From positions 493,940 through 557,939 of the forward strand of contig NC_067310.1 in the NCBI RefSeq assembly GCF_020740795.1: 64,000 nt of DNA, read 5' to 3'. Shown in pieces: positions 23,263 to 35,540 of this stretch. Each line of letters begins with the position of its first letter. Positions within the stretch are counted from its first letter, which is position 1. The notes below the pieces were generated by a model. It was not told where the DNA came from and ran no database searches. It saw only the letters and a program-made list of their open reading frames with translations. Made by a program: the position numbers and the translations under genes. This stretch comes from Apus apus. Its lineage: Eukaryota.

Positions 23263-26200
23263 TCTCAGCACCTGGGGCTCATGGACTCAGCACCAAATAC
23301 ACTGTGGGGCTCATTAAAATACAACAACCCTAACGAGCTGTGACTTTTCCTGTCATGATCTTCAGGTCCTCAAGACTTGAACAGCTAATTGGAGTCTTTT
23401 CATCATGTAGTTAAGGAGGAATGTTTCATCATGTGCCTAATGAAAATGGCTTGGTTTTCCTTATTTGAAAGGCTCTCTTTTGTGGCTTCTCACCTTAGAG
23501 GAGAGATAAAGGCAACTCAATACAAGATGAAAAACTAACAATGAGATAAAGACAAATAAATAATTTGTCAGACTTGTTCTAAAATTGATGTTAAACAAAT
23601 GCAAGTACAACATTAAAATATTTTTTCTGCTTCACATCTGTTTCAGAGCTGTATCTTCCTTTACAACTGCTTTAAAAATATTTGAAACATTCTATTTTTC
23701 AGTGATATCTGTATTGTAGATATTTTGTGATGTTATACTTCATTATGCTATATTTCTTGATGTATTTTTATCTTAGATGTTGCATAATTGCATTTGCTTA
23801 GCATACATTTTAAAACTCTTCTGTTATTAAATGTCTTAAAACAGTATTTAAAAAATAATAAAGTGTTTAAAAAGACACCCTAGACCAATATCACTTGGAA
23901 AATGCTTCTATCAGCTCTTCTCTCAACTGAAAATCATCCAAAATACCCTTTGAAATAACCCCCCATTTTTGAGGTACTGTCTGAAATCTTCCTCCTGAAC
24001 TACATGATGAAAATGCTCCCAATGAGCTGTAAGGGTCTTGAAGACCTGAAGAGACAGGGAGACAAAAGGCTTGTTAGGGCTCTCTGTATTTTAATGACTC
24101 CCAGGGTGTGTTTGGTGCTGAGTCCATGATCCTCAGGTGCTGAGGGAAGAGTGAACAAAGTGCTCAGGAAGCCAGAAGCAAAACTGAAAGTGCCTTGAAG
24201 CAGTGATTGGCCCCACTGAGGGCTATTGCTGACAAAGCCTCCCCAGGGACTCATTAGAGCAAGTAATTGGAGGCCACTGTAAAAGTAATTAAAAAAAAAC
24301 TTAAACAAATAAAAAAGCTTGTTAGTGCTTTGTAATACTTGCTTGTTAGTATGAGGATGATCTAGGTCGTTAGGGCTAATGAAGTGAACCTCAGATATTG
24401 AGAGAAAACTGAACAAAAGGAAGGACCCTGAAGCACTAAGGGGTCCCCCTGAGCCTGACAAAGCCTCCCCAGGGCCTCGCTAGAGCAGATCATGGGAGGC
24501 CATGAGTGCAGGGAGGCAAAGGCCCTGGGCAGGTGCTTGTCCTGCTGAGAAACCTTTTGCTTTGTTGGATGGAGCAGAAAGGCCAAGCCCTGAGCCCAGG
24601 CCCTGGGAAGGCAGATCCTGTCCCTCTCACAGGGCTCAGGGCTCTTCCTGGGGGCAGTGGGGGGTGAGGGGGAGCAATGACAAGGGAAAGGAAATTCTGT
24701 GACACCTTCCAGCTTCCCCAGGAAGGGGCAAGGATGAAACAGAGCCCAGAGCCTCAAAATACAATTGCTGCTGGTGGGGCTTGGTGCCCAAGGCAGCTGT
24801 CATGGCCAAGAGGACAAAGCCCTCAGTTCTACTGAGCCCTTTGGCCCTGCCAGAGCCCTTGGCCATCTCTACTGCAGACTGTCTTTTAGTGTCTGTGCCT
24901 GCAGCAGCCTGGAGACATCCATCTAATTTTCTCATCTAGACCTCACCCTGGCATTTCTGCACCTTCACTGATGTCTTTCTGCTCTCACTGCTTGTTCATT
25001 TAAACAGAGCCAGGGGCTGATCCAGAACCTTCTCCAGTTGACCTGTTGCACCACAAGGTTATACTTCAGGTGATATCTCTTTTTCTTGACCTCCAGTCTG
25101 AACCTTCCAAGCTGCACTTAGTGCAGCTTTTCTTCTCTTCCCACTACCAAGAAAAGCTGCATCATCTCTGGAACCTCCATTCAAGCAGTTCCATGCTACT
25201 GCTGTAGTGCCATGAGCCTCCACTTCTCCTCACTAAAAAGCCCAGGTCCCTCAGCCTGTTTGGGTTTGTGCTGACACCAATGTTGGTAACACAGGGATGT
25301 CTGAGTTGCTGCCAAGCCGTGCTGACATGAAGCCAAGGACTTGTCCACCTTCTCACACTGCCCCTGTCCTGCCAGCTGCTGCTCTGCAAGGAGCTGGAGG
25401 ATGCAGAGCCAGGACAGCTGACCCAGAGTGGCCACTGGGATGTTCCATGAGATGTCATGTTAGTATTGAAGCTGGGGGGAGTTATCTAGGGGAGTGTGAT
25501 GGCTGCTCAGGAACTAACTGAGCATCAGTCTGTGGGTGGGAGTGGTTGCATCACAATTTGTTTCCCTCGTGTTTTGTTTTTAATCTCTTTTCTTTGACGG
25601 TTTGGTTTTGGGTTTTTTATTCTTTTTGGTCATACAAATGTATTATATTTTTAATATTAGGATTAGGATTCTGTTTTGTTTGAATCATTAAGAAATTCTC
25701 AACTCATCCCACAGAAGATGTTTTCTTTTTCCCCCCAGTTCTCCTTCCTGTCCCACTGGGAGGAGGCCACGTGAGCGAGGGGCTGTGTCTTGCTGAGTTG
25801 CTGGCTGGGGTTAAACATGAACAGTCCTTTTGATTTCTGACGCCCAACGTGGGGCTGGAAGGGTTCAGATAAGGACAGCTCTGATCAGAGCATGGTAAAA
25901 TGAAGCAGTTATAATTGTTCATTGTATTGTTTTCACAGTCACTGGGCACCATGTTGGTTGCTTTGCTCTCTGAGCTGTTATGAGAGGTGTGGGATGTCAC
26001 ACCTTCCATGCTTCTGGAGGTGCTGGTGGTCACCTCTGGAGCCTGGCTCAAGGACATCACTGGGCTGGGCTGTGTGACCCTGATGGTGAGACTGACCCAG
26101 GATCCAGAGTCAGCACTTCTGTCACCTCTGTCCTTCAGCTGCAACCTCCTGGAGACTGTTAGCAATGACAGTCCTCACCATTTCTCCCCGCTGAACCCAT

Positions 26201-26289
26201 CGATGGAACAGACATCTCTGGTATTCAGGGGCCCTGAAACACCTGCTGCAATCAAACAAGCCCAGCAGTTCCAGCCTCCCTGCTTTGGA

Positions 26290-26526
26290 GGACAATGGCT
26301 GAAAGAGAACTCTGGGGAGGTCTGGCACATGGATCATATCACACTGCCACCAACCCACCAAGGCAAGTGCCATGTGCTCACCAAGGTGGAAGAAACCACC
26401 GGATGGCTGGAAACATCTGCTGTGTCCCCTGCCACCACCCACACACTGTCCTGGCCTTTGGAAAACAAGTCCTATGTGACATGGTACCCAGCAAGGATGG
26501 AGTCAGACTGGGCCAAAGGGCCCTGA
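26290..26526 (+). pseudogene. Degenerate retroviral integrase core-like fragment.
   Basis: WHMDHITLPPTHQGKCHVLTKVEETTGWLETSAV...MESDWAKGP resembles the integrase core pattern W-D-T...GKKYLLV-VDTFSGW-EA...SDNGPAF, but with substitutions at the catalytic positions. Confidence 0.35.
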
Positions 26527-27109
26527 GTGGGTGTATCACAGCCCCCAGAGGTGCCAGAGGTGATCTATGATAACAAGGGGTTACAGATCCTGGTGACGTT
26601 CTGGGCGACACACAAATGCTCCAGAGGTCTGTGCAGGCTGTGCCAGCAGCACATGCCCAGGTGTTCTCCTTCAGGGGATGATTTGATGACTGCAAAAGAC
26701 CAACTGTGAGTGAAGTGGCTTTCAAAGCACGACAGTATGGAGACATGATCTCTGATCCTCATCAGTTCCACACCTCAGCCATGGAAGAAATGACTGAGCG
26801 AAGGAATAACATGCCTGACAGATGGGAAGGCTGGTGCTGCAGCCATGAAGGGGACACGTCGTGCTAGGAGACAGCAGCAAGAGAGGCAGGACCCACTTGG
26901 ATGCCACCTGTGGTCTCTCTAGTGTGATCTTACAAAGAGGACATGAGAATGTGAGACAATAAACCCACTGCTATTCTCCTGAGACATGTACAAGGGCTGC
27001 TAAATAGAAGGAATGAAGGAGATGGTCCTTCCAGGAAGACTTGAGTCAAACAATGGGACTCATTTCAAAACTAGTCTAGTGACTGGTCCTCGTTGGTTCA
27101 GGCTTCAGT

Positions 27110-27260
27110 ACTTCATATGGCCTTGTATGGCATGGATGGCTATGACATCACAATGGGCAGTAGTGCCTTAAATGGGATGTATGGCTATGACATCACAATG
27201 GGCAGTAGTGCCTTAAATGGGATGTATGGCCATGACATCACAATGGGTGGCCAGTTTGGG
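27110..27260. repeat. Tandem repeat of about 45 bp. It is the inverted counterpart of the array at 20640-20790.
   Basis: catgacatcacaatgggcagtagtgccttaaatgggatgtatggc occurs three times. Confidence 0.85.
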
Positions 27261-27367
27261 AAGCAGGGTGATGTCCACAGCCTGCAGGGAAAGAGCTGCA
27301 GGAGTCAGACACTGTAGGACATCCTGTGGTGGGGACAGCTGGGGGCACAGCCATGGCTGAGAGCCCC

Positions 27368-28479
27368 TGTGGGAAACTGTTCTTTTCTTCCCCACATCAG
27401 TCTAAACAAAATGCCTTTTCAGCCAGCGAAGGCCTCTCCTGATTATCCCCAGCTAACGGACTAAAACAGACTTGCTTCTCAAGGACAACTGAACCCAAAA
27501 CAACAGATGTGGTCCGGGACAGAAAGGATGGGTGACAAGCCATCCTGTGCCCCTGGCAGTCACCGCCCTAACGTGGGGCTCATGGACGCTCGTTGGCTCT
27601 GGACAGTGACACTGACTGGACAGGTGGGTCAGGGGGTATCAAAGGGGCGAGGGCAGCAGGTGGGCCCTTCCCTCCTCCCTGAGGCCCGTTCGGACGCTTT
27701 CTGCCTGGGACACCCCCCTGCTGCGGACACTGGTGCTGGGACCCTGCCTGCCTGCCTGCCCCGGGTCCAGCCTGAGCCTCAGCGCCGAGCGTGCCGGGGT
27801 CCCGAGCCCTGGGGTCGGGGCCGGAGCCCCCTCCCCGTGTTGCTGCCCTGGAGGGGAAACCAGCGGCCGCTGCACCCGCTGCCGAGAGGCTGCCCCTCCG
27901 ACACCACGGACCTGCCGTCCTGCCTGGCCAGAAGGGGCCACCGACCAACCCTGCCGCTGGGAACGGAGCCTGGGGACAGGCTGGGGGTGACACCACCTCA
28001 CACACACACACACACACTCCTCTCCTCACACTTGCACACTCAGCGCGACCTCTCCAGCAGGACTGACATTGGGTTTCCTTCCCTCCTTCTTCCTCCCTTT
28101 GATCCTTAACCCTCTCTCTCAAAAGCTCAGGACCTCTTGCATCTCCCTATAGGACACTTGCTCACTCCATACATATTGATATCCCTGGTAGCCATTCACA
28201 CCTGCATTGTCCCTAAACATCATCCCTCGGTTTCTGTTAACCCTTAATAAACCGATCAGTTTGTGGAGCAAACCTTGGCTTCAGAGGCAATTTCTGAGCG
28301 TGGTGGGGTGGGGGGGCTTTCTAACTCCCCCCCTGAAACACGGTCCCGCGGTGGCCGTTCCTCCGTGAGAGGCAGCGCCGCGTGTGACCCTCGGGGTCAT
28401 TCACAAACCCCTCCACATTGAGAGGAGGAGTCGCAAAAGGATCCTGACAGCCGGGAGCCCCCGGTACCGGCTCGTGACA
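27368..28479 (+). mobile_element. Full-length solo-type LTR of about 1.1 kb, the same family as the provirus LTR.
   Basis: Starts TGTGGGAAACTG and ends GTGACA. It contains TTAATAAACC and (CA)n. The 15-bp satellite, not an internal proviral region, follows directly. Confidence 0.8.
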
Positions 28480-29206
28480 ATGTCATCCATTATGACATCA
28501 CCAACTATGACGTCACCAACTATGACATTACCTATTATTATGTCACCCATTATGATGTCATCCATTATGATGTCACCAACTATGCCACCTATTATGACAT
28601 CATCCATTATGATGTCACTAACTATGATGTCACCAACTATGACATCACCTATTATGATGTCATCCATTATGACGTCACCCATTATGATGTCACCAAGTAT
28701 TACGTCTTTTATTATGATGTCACCTATTATAATGTCACCCATTGTCACGTCTTTCATTATGATGTCACTGTCATCCCCCATCTGTCCTCCATAATGACAT
28801 CACACATGATGAAATCACCCATTATGATGCCACCCATTATGACGTCATCCATTAGGACACCACTCATTATAAGGTCATCCGTTATTACGTCACCCATGAT
28901 GACATCAACAACTATGACTTCACCCATTATGACGTCAGCCATTATAATGTCATCCGTTATGACATCACCAACTATCATATCACCCATTATGATGCCACCC
29001 ATTATGACAGCATCCATGATGACATCACCAACTATGATGTCACCCACTATGATGATGTCACCCATCATGATGTCACCCGTTACGATGCCACCCATTATGA
29101 CGTCACAATCTATGACATCACCCATTATGATGTCACCAACTATGACATCACCCATCATGACATCATCCATTATGACATCATCAACTATGATGTCAACCAT
29201 TATGAT
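28480..29206. repeat. 15-bp satellite array of about 48 units, consensus CCATTATGACGTCAC.
   Basis: Strict 15-bp periodicity. Units contain TGACGTCA or TGATGTCA. This gives the MTSPI/IMMSP pentapeptide ORFs seen on both strands. Confidence 0.95.
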
Positions 29207-29515
29207 GTGCAGATCTTCAGGGCTGTGCTGAGGATCCCCTCTCAGCATGGAAGGCACAAAGCCTTCTCCACCTGCCTCCCTCACCTGGCCGTGGTCTCTC
29301 TGGTCACCAGCACTGCCATGTTTGCCTACCTGAAGCCCCCCTCCATCTCCTCCCCATCCCTGGACCTGGTGGTGGCAGTTCTGTACTCAGTGGTGCCTCC
29401 AGCAGTGAACCCCCTCATCTACAGCATGAGGAACCAGGAGCTCAAGGACGCCCTCAGGAAAGTGATTTCTTCATTGGTCAAGAGTGAGAGATTTAAAGCC
29501 TCTTTCCACAAATGA
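29207..29515 (+). pseudogene. Olfactory receptor 3' fragment (TM6-TM7 to C-terminus) fused directly to the satellite.
   Basis: Reads IFRAVLRIPSQHGRHKAFSTCLPHL...PAVNPLIYSMRNQELKDALRKVISSLVKSERFKA. The 3' flank at 29520-29760 is homologous to the OR1 and OR3 3' flanks. Confidence 0.85.
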
Positions 29516-30530
29516 CTCCACTTTATGTCATTGCATTGTTTTTGTTTGTTTGTTTATTTGGGTTTTTTTTTTTGTTCTTTTGGTATTCTGTTCTGTTTTT
29601 TTTTTTCTTTATAATTAATTTATTTCTATTTTAAAAATTTTATTTATCATTACTGCTGTTGTTATTGTCATGCTTGGTTTTGTTCCTGCAAAGATGTTTG
29701 CACTTGTGTCGCTACAACTCAGACACGGACCTGATTTGTTTCCTTTGATCCATTATAAAAGTTTCTAACACTTGCTCTGAGTCCTTGGCTGTCCAGTAAC
29801 CCAAATTAGCTGCTCTGCATGGCATCCTGGCCCCAGCCATGTCACTTGCACCACTCAGCTCTCTAGGTCATTAATACAGATATTAACCAGGACTGGTCCC
29901 AGGACGGACCCCTGAGGGACACTTGTCACCATCTCCATCTGGACACTGAGCCATTCACCACTGCCCTCTGGATCTGACCTTCTCACCCATTCCTCATCCC
30001 CTGAGCAGTCCACACATCAAATCCTTCTCTCTCCAGGTTAGAGAGAAGGATGTTTTGAGGTGCCACGTCAAGGGCCTCACACAATCCAGGGAGGTGACAC
30101 CCATGGCTCTTCCCTTCCCAATGATGCAGTCACTCTGCCGCCCTATTTGCAACTGGCCTTATAACTCTGAGCACACACCACTGGCTCCTGGGACACTCCT
30201 TGAACGCCCAGGCCGTTCTTCTCAGGGTCACTGCTGAGTTGCTCAGCTCTCAGCCAGCCCTCATTCTGGGGATGATTCTGCCCCTGGCAAAGGACTGACT
30301 GCTTCTCTGTGTAAAACTCTGTGACGTTTCTTCTGACTAAATTCCAGAGTTTTCTGAAGAATCGAGGAAACAAGGCAGAGAGGTGCTGTGCTGGACCTTG
30401 TTCTCACCAACAAGGAAGGGCTGGTGAGGGATGCCAAGCTCAAGGGCAGCCATGGTTGTAGCGACCATGAAATGGTGGAGTTCAAGATCCTTAGGGCAAC
30501 AAAGAGGGCTCACAGTAAGCTTACTATCCT

Positions 30531-31845
30531 TAGAATCATAGAATCATAGAATCATCCTGGTTGGAAGGGACCTTGTAGATCATCAAGTCCAACCATAACC
30601 TAAATCCCCCTGCCATAACCTAATTTACCTGTTCAGTCCTTAAATCATGTTGCTAAGCACTATATCTACATTTCTTTTAAGCACTTCCAGGGATGGTGAC
30701 TCCACCACCTCCCTGGGCAGCCTGTTCCACTGCTCAATCACTCTTTCGGTAAAGAAATTCTTTCTAATACCCAGTCTAACCCTCCCCTGGTGCAGCTTCA
30801 GGCAATTTCCTCTTGTCCTGTCATTATTCACTTGAGAGAAGAGGCCAATCCCAGTTCCCTACAGCCTCCTTTCACAACTCGGTAGCTCCTCTGGACACAC
30901 TCCAGCAGCTCGACATCCTTCTTGCAATGAGGGGCCCAGAACTGCATCCAGTGCTCAAGCTGTGGCCTCACCAGGGCTGAGTTCAGGAGCACCATCACCT
31001 CTCTGCTCCTGCTGGCCACACCATCCCTGATACAAGCCAGGATGCCCTTGGCCTTCTTGGCCACCTGGGCACACTTCTGGCTCATGTTAAGTCAGCTGTC
31101 AACCAGCACCCCCAGCTCCTTCTCCACCATGGAGCTTCCCAACCACTCTTCCTCAAGCCTGTGGCTTTGCATGGGGTTGTTATGACCAAAGTGCAGGACC
31201 CGGCACTTGGCCTTGTTGAACCTCATCCCATTGGCCTCAGCCCATCCATCCATCCATCCAGTCTGTCCAGGTCTCTCTGCAGAGCCTTCCTACCCTCCAG
31301 CAAATCAACCCTTCCTCCCAGCTTTGTGTCATCTGCACACTTCCTTAGGAAGCACTCCGGCCCCTCATCTAGGTCATTAATCAAGACATTGAACAGGACT
31401 GGCCGCCAGCCCCATTCACCACAACTCTCTGGGCTGGGCCAGCCAGCCAGGTTTGTACCCAGCAGAGAGTGCAGCTGTCTATGCCCTGAGCCACCAGCTT
31501 CTCGAGGAGAGGCTGTGGGAGATGGTGTCAAAGGCCCTTCCAAAGTCCAGAGACACAACGTCCACAGCTCTTCCCTCATCCCGCAGGCGGGTCACCTGAG
31601 CATAGAAGGAGATCAGGTTAGTCAAGCAGGACCTGCCTGTCCTGAACCCCTGCTTGCTGGGCCTGATCCCATGGCTGTCTTGCACTTGCCATGTGAGCAC
31701 ACTAAGGATGAGCCTCTCCAGGATTTTCCCTGGTCCTGAGGTCAGGTTGACAGGATCCTTCTTCGGGCCCTTCCTCTAGATGGGGTCACATTGACAAGTC
31801 TCCAGTCGTCTGGGACCTCCCCTGTTATCCAGGACTGTTGAGAAG
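30531..31845 (-). mobile_element. CR1 LINE 3' part of about 1.3 kb.
   Basis: A (TAGAATCA)n tail at 30531-30555. ORFs contain [46 protein letters not shown] and FRTGRSCLTNLISFYAQV. Confidence 0.85.
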
Positions 31846-31846
31846 T

Positions 31847-32536
31847 TGTGAGAAACTGCTCTTTTCTTCCCCACATCAGTCTAAACAAAATGCCTTTTCA
31901 GCCAGCGAAGGCCTCTCCTGATTATCCCCAGCTAACGAACTAAAACAGACTTGCTTTTCAAGGACAACTGAACCCAAAACAACAGCTGTGGCCCGGGACA
32001 GAAAGGATGGGCGACAAGCCATCCTGTGCCCCTGGCAGTCACCGCCTTAAAGTGGGGCTGATGGACGCTCGTTGGCTCTGGACAGTGACACTGACTGGAC
32101 AGGTGGGTCAGGGGGTATCAAAGGGGCGAGGGCAGCAGGTGGGCCCTTCCCTCCTCCCTGAGGCCCGTTCAGACGCTTTCTGCGTGGGACACCCCCCTGC
32201 TGCGGACACTGGTGCTGGGACCCTGCCTGCCTGCCTGCCCCGGGTCCAGCCTGAGCCTCAGCGCCGAGCGTGCCGGGGTCCCGAGCCCTGGGGTTAATCC
32301 TTAATAAACCGATCAGTTTGTGGAGCAAACCTTGGCTTTAGAGGCAATTTCTGAGCGTGGTGGGGTGGGGGTGCTTTCTAACTCCCCCCCTGAAATACGG
32401 CCCCGCGGTGGCCGTTCCTCTGTGAGAGGCAGCACCGCGTGTGACCCTCGGGCTCATTCACAAACCCCTCCACATTGGGAGGGGCAGTTGCAAAAGGATC
32501 CTGACAGCCGGGAGCCCTCGGTACCAGCTCGCGACA
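31847..32536 (+). mobile_element. LTR copy with an internal deletion of about 590 bp.
   Basis: The 5' 450 bp and the 3' 240 bp are homologous to the LTR at 27368-28479. The breakpoint is at about 32295 (gccctggggt|taatccttaataaacc). Confidence 0.8.
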
Positions 32537-33110
32537 GTGATGCCCCCATTATGATGTCAAATTATTGATGTCATACATTGGGATGTCACCCGTAATGGCA
32601 TCACCCATTATGACATCATCCATTATGACATCACCCATTTTGACGTCACCCATTAGGACATAATCCATTATGACGTCACCAACTATGACATCACCCATTA
32701 TGATGTCACCCATTATGATGTCATCTATTATGATGTCACCCATTGTGACATCCCCCATTATGACGTCACCCATTATGATGTCATCCATTATGACATCACC
32801 AACTATGACATCACCCATTATGACATAATCGATGATGACGTCACCAACTATGATGCCACCCATCATGACATCAACCCTTATGATGTCACCAACTATGACA
32901 TCACCCATCATGACATCAACCCTTATGATGTCAACCATTATGACATCATCAACTATGACGTCACCCATTATGCCATCACCATGGTGACATCCGCTATGAC
33001 ATCACCCCTTATTACGTCATTCATTATGATGTCACCAACTATGATGTCACCAACTATGATGTCACTAACTATGACGTCACCCATTATGACGTCACCCATT
33101 ACGTCATCCA
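32537..33110. repeat. 15-bp satellite array, second copy.
   Basis: Same unit as above. The junction (gcgacaGTGATGCCCCCATTATGATGTCAAATTATTGATGTCATACATTGGG) is nearly identical to the junction at 49015. Confidence 0.95.
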
Positions 33111-34970
33111 GCACCAGCTGACACTGCCCGTGGGGCACTAGTTGGGACCCACAACCCCTTCCAGCCACTCCAACGTGTCCTGTTTGCCTGTGGCAGCCTT
33201 CAGGATTTTCCTGCCTGTGATCTCTGGCTGGTGCAGGTTCAAGCTCGCCTTGCAGGCTTGGAAGGAGAGCATAGGAACGATGGTAAAGGCAGCCTGGCTC
33301 CCACCACCAGATGCCTGCTGGGGACCTGCCAGCAGTGGCTGCTGGGGCAGGGATGCAGGAGATGATGGGGCTGCAGCTCTGCAGAGCAGCAGCTGACTCC
33401 AGGCAGAGGGAGGCTCCATCACCCTCCCCTGCCCCCACTCGTGTCCTCCTTGGCACCCACCTGCTTGGATCTGACATTGAGCTGCACAGGCTGCACCAGG
33501 GAGAAATGCCACTTCTCACCCTTCTGCTGAAGCTGCCTCTCCTCGAGGATGTCCTGCTGCTGGAGCAGGGTGGCTCTGCTGGGATGCTCCAGGCTCTGCT
33601 CTCTGGAGGCCCCACGGCTCCTCTGCTGCACCTCCAGTTGCACCATCTGGACAGGCAGATGTTCCCCAGCAGCTCCAGGACCCACCCGCTGCTCTTGGAT
33701 GCTGGGCTGGCCCATGGTGCATGTCAACTGGTGCTCTGCCCCTGCTCGCCGGCCTCCTGCCCCTGCCTCCCTGCCCAGGGCAGCTGGCACGGGGGCCCTG
33801 TGGGCAGCTCTTGTGGTCCAAGGAGCACGGGGGGCAGCGGGCAGGGGCCGAGCCCCAGGGGCCCATCCACCCTCGGCTGCCCTGGCCGAGCTGCCCGCCC
33901 GGTCCCGCGATGCCACCGGCTGCTGGACGGGTCCCCAGCGCCCGCTGACAACCCTGCCAATGGCCTCCTGGGCTGGGGCCCAGGCTGTGTCCTGCCCGGC
34001 TGGGGCAGAGGCTGCAGGGCTGGACAGGACAGGTCTCCAGCTCTGGGCCCTGGGGCGTCTGCCCCGCTCAGCCCAGATGCCCCCAGCAGACGGGACGGGC
34101 TGTCGGTCGCTGCTGGATGTGCCCCTGGCAGGGGGTGCAGGGGGCAGAGGGGGCAGCCTGGGGGAGGTGGTGGCAGCTCTTGGGTGCCAAGCTGCAGGTG
34201 CCTGCCCTGGTGCTGCTGCCTCGCTGAGGAGCAGTGGCAGGGATGGCTGATGGGCCATCCCCTCCTGCAGGGCCAGCCTGCCCGGCTGCAAGAGGAGCCG
34301 AGGAGAGAGGCCGTGGGAGCGGGACCTCTGTGCCCGCAGCCCCCGTGTCCCCGCTGGGACGGCTCCTGTGCCCGGGCTCCCCTCTCCTCCTGCCCTGCTC
34401 CTCTTCTGCCGCCTCTGCTGCAGGCCTGGCAGCTCTTTGCTGAGCTGAGAACGGGCCTTCTCCTTCTCCATGGACATCTTGGCTGTCCTCTGCTGGAGAC
34501 GTGCCACGGGTGTCCAGGGGAGCTGCTGCCTCCTGAGGGAGATGCTCTCCTGGGAGTGGGCACCCCACGGCTTGGGTTCCTTAGATACCCCCTGGTCCCC
34601 ATGCAGACCCATCACAGCAGTGTCCGGGCAACAGGCAGTGCATCACAGAGGCCTGGGGGTGGCTGTGGAGACGCCCACCCCTCACCTGCTGGGACCAGCT
34701 GGACCCACCTGATGGGAAGGCGCGCGGCGCGGCCAGGAGCCGCTCCCCTTCCTGCACACAGCGACCTCCTGCCCTTGGGGCAGGAAATCCGCACCTGGAA
34801 AAGGGCTCCACAGGAGCAGCTCCTCCTCCTCCCAGCAAGCAGTAATCCAGCTGAATTAGAGACTTCAGGGTTAAACTGGCCAAACCCAGATGGTGCTGAA
34901 TAGTAGAATCTGTTCCTGCTGGTCACAAGTGCTGTGCTGAACTGGGCTGTGTCTCCCGCAGAGCCCAAGC
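33110..34970. other. Very GC-rich block with long overlapping ORFs on both strands, which I take to be compositional artefacts. It could be a CpG island or an unidentified GC-rich exon.
   Basis: A 530-aa (+) ORF and a 398-aa (-) ORF overlap. Their translations are P/G/A/R-rich low-complexity sequence with no recognisable domain. Confidence 0.5.
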
Positions 34971-35234
34971 AGCAGGATTCACTGGTACATCAGCCAGCCT
35001 GTCAGCATGAGGAACAACAGGACCCAGCTCAGCAAAGAAGACCACGAGCCTTCCTCCCAGAGACCCCTGCCCACGACCCCCGAGAGGCAGTGCACATGGG
35101 GGAGGGGGTGTAGCTTGATGTTAATGACTTCGGGGAAATGATTTAAATATCATCATGAATTCAGGGAATTACTCTGTATAATCCTGTCCACCTTTCAGAA
35201 AAGAAATACATATGTATGTTTTAAGTGAATAAAC

Positions 35235-35540
35235 GTGTGTTGCTCTTCCCTGCTGTGCTGTGTTTGCAGGACTGATCCCCAGCACTGCAATAAAGAACCC
35301 GCTTTAGAGCTTCTCAGGGCTAGAAAGTCTCTTCCCTCACGTCACCAGGACCCCTCACAGCCCCCCCAGGGACCCATCAGGAACCCCAAGGGCCTATTTA
35401 GAGCCCCCAAGAACTCTCAAGGACCCACCCAGAACGCCCCGCAACACCTCAGTGGACCCTGCAACTCCAGAACTCCCCGGGATCCCTTAGAGCCACTGGG
35501 TCCCCTCAGAGCCCCTCAGGGACACCCAGAGTCCTAGCTG
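35235..35540. repeat. Tandem repeat of about 21-24 bp (ggacccctcagagcccctcag-like).
   Basis: Repeated cccctcag and ggacccacc units, which translate as PLRAPQ/GPLR iterations. Confidence 0.7.

Noticed and set aside
28480-33110. Long ORFs of 100-215 aa on both strands encoding MTSPI/IMMSP repeats.
   Set aside because: They are the translation of a 15-bp (five-codon) satellite, open in all frames by construction. They are not genes.
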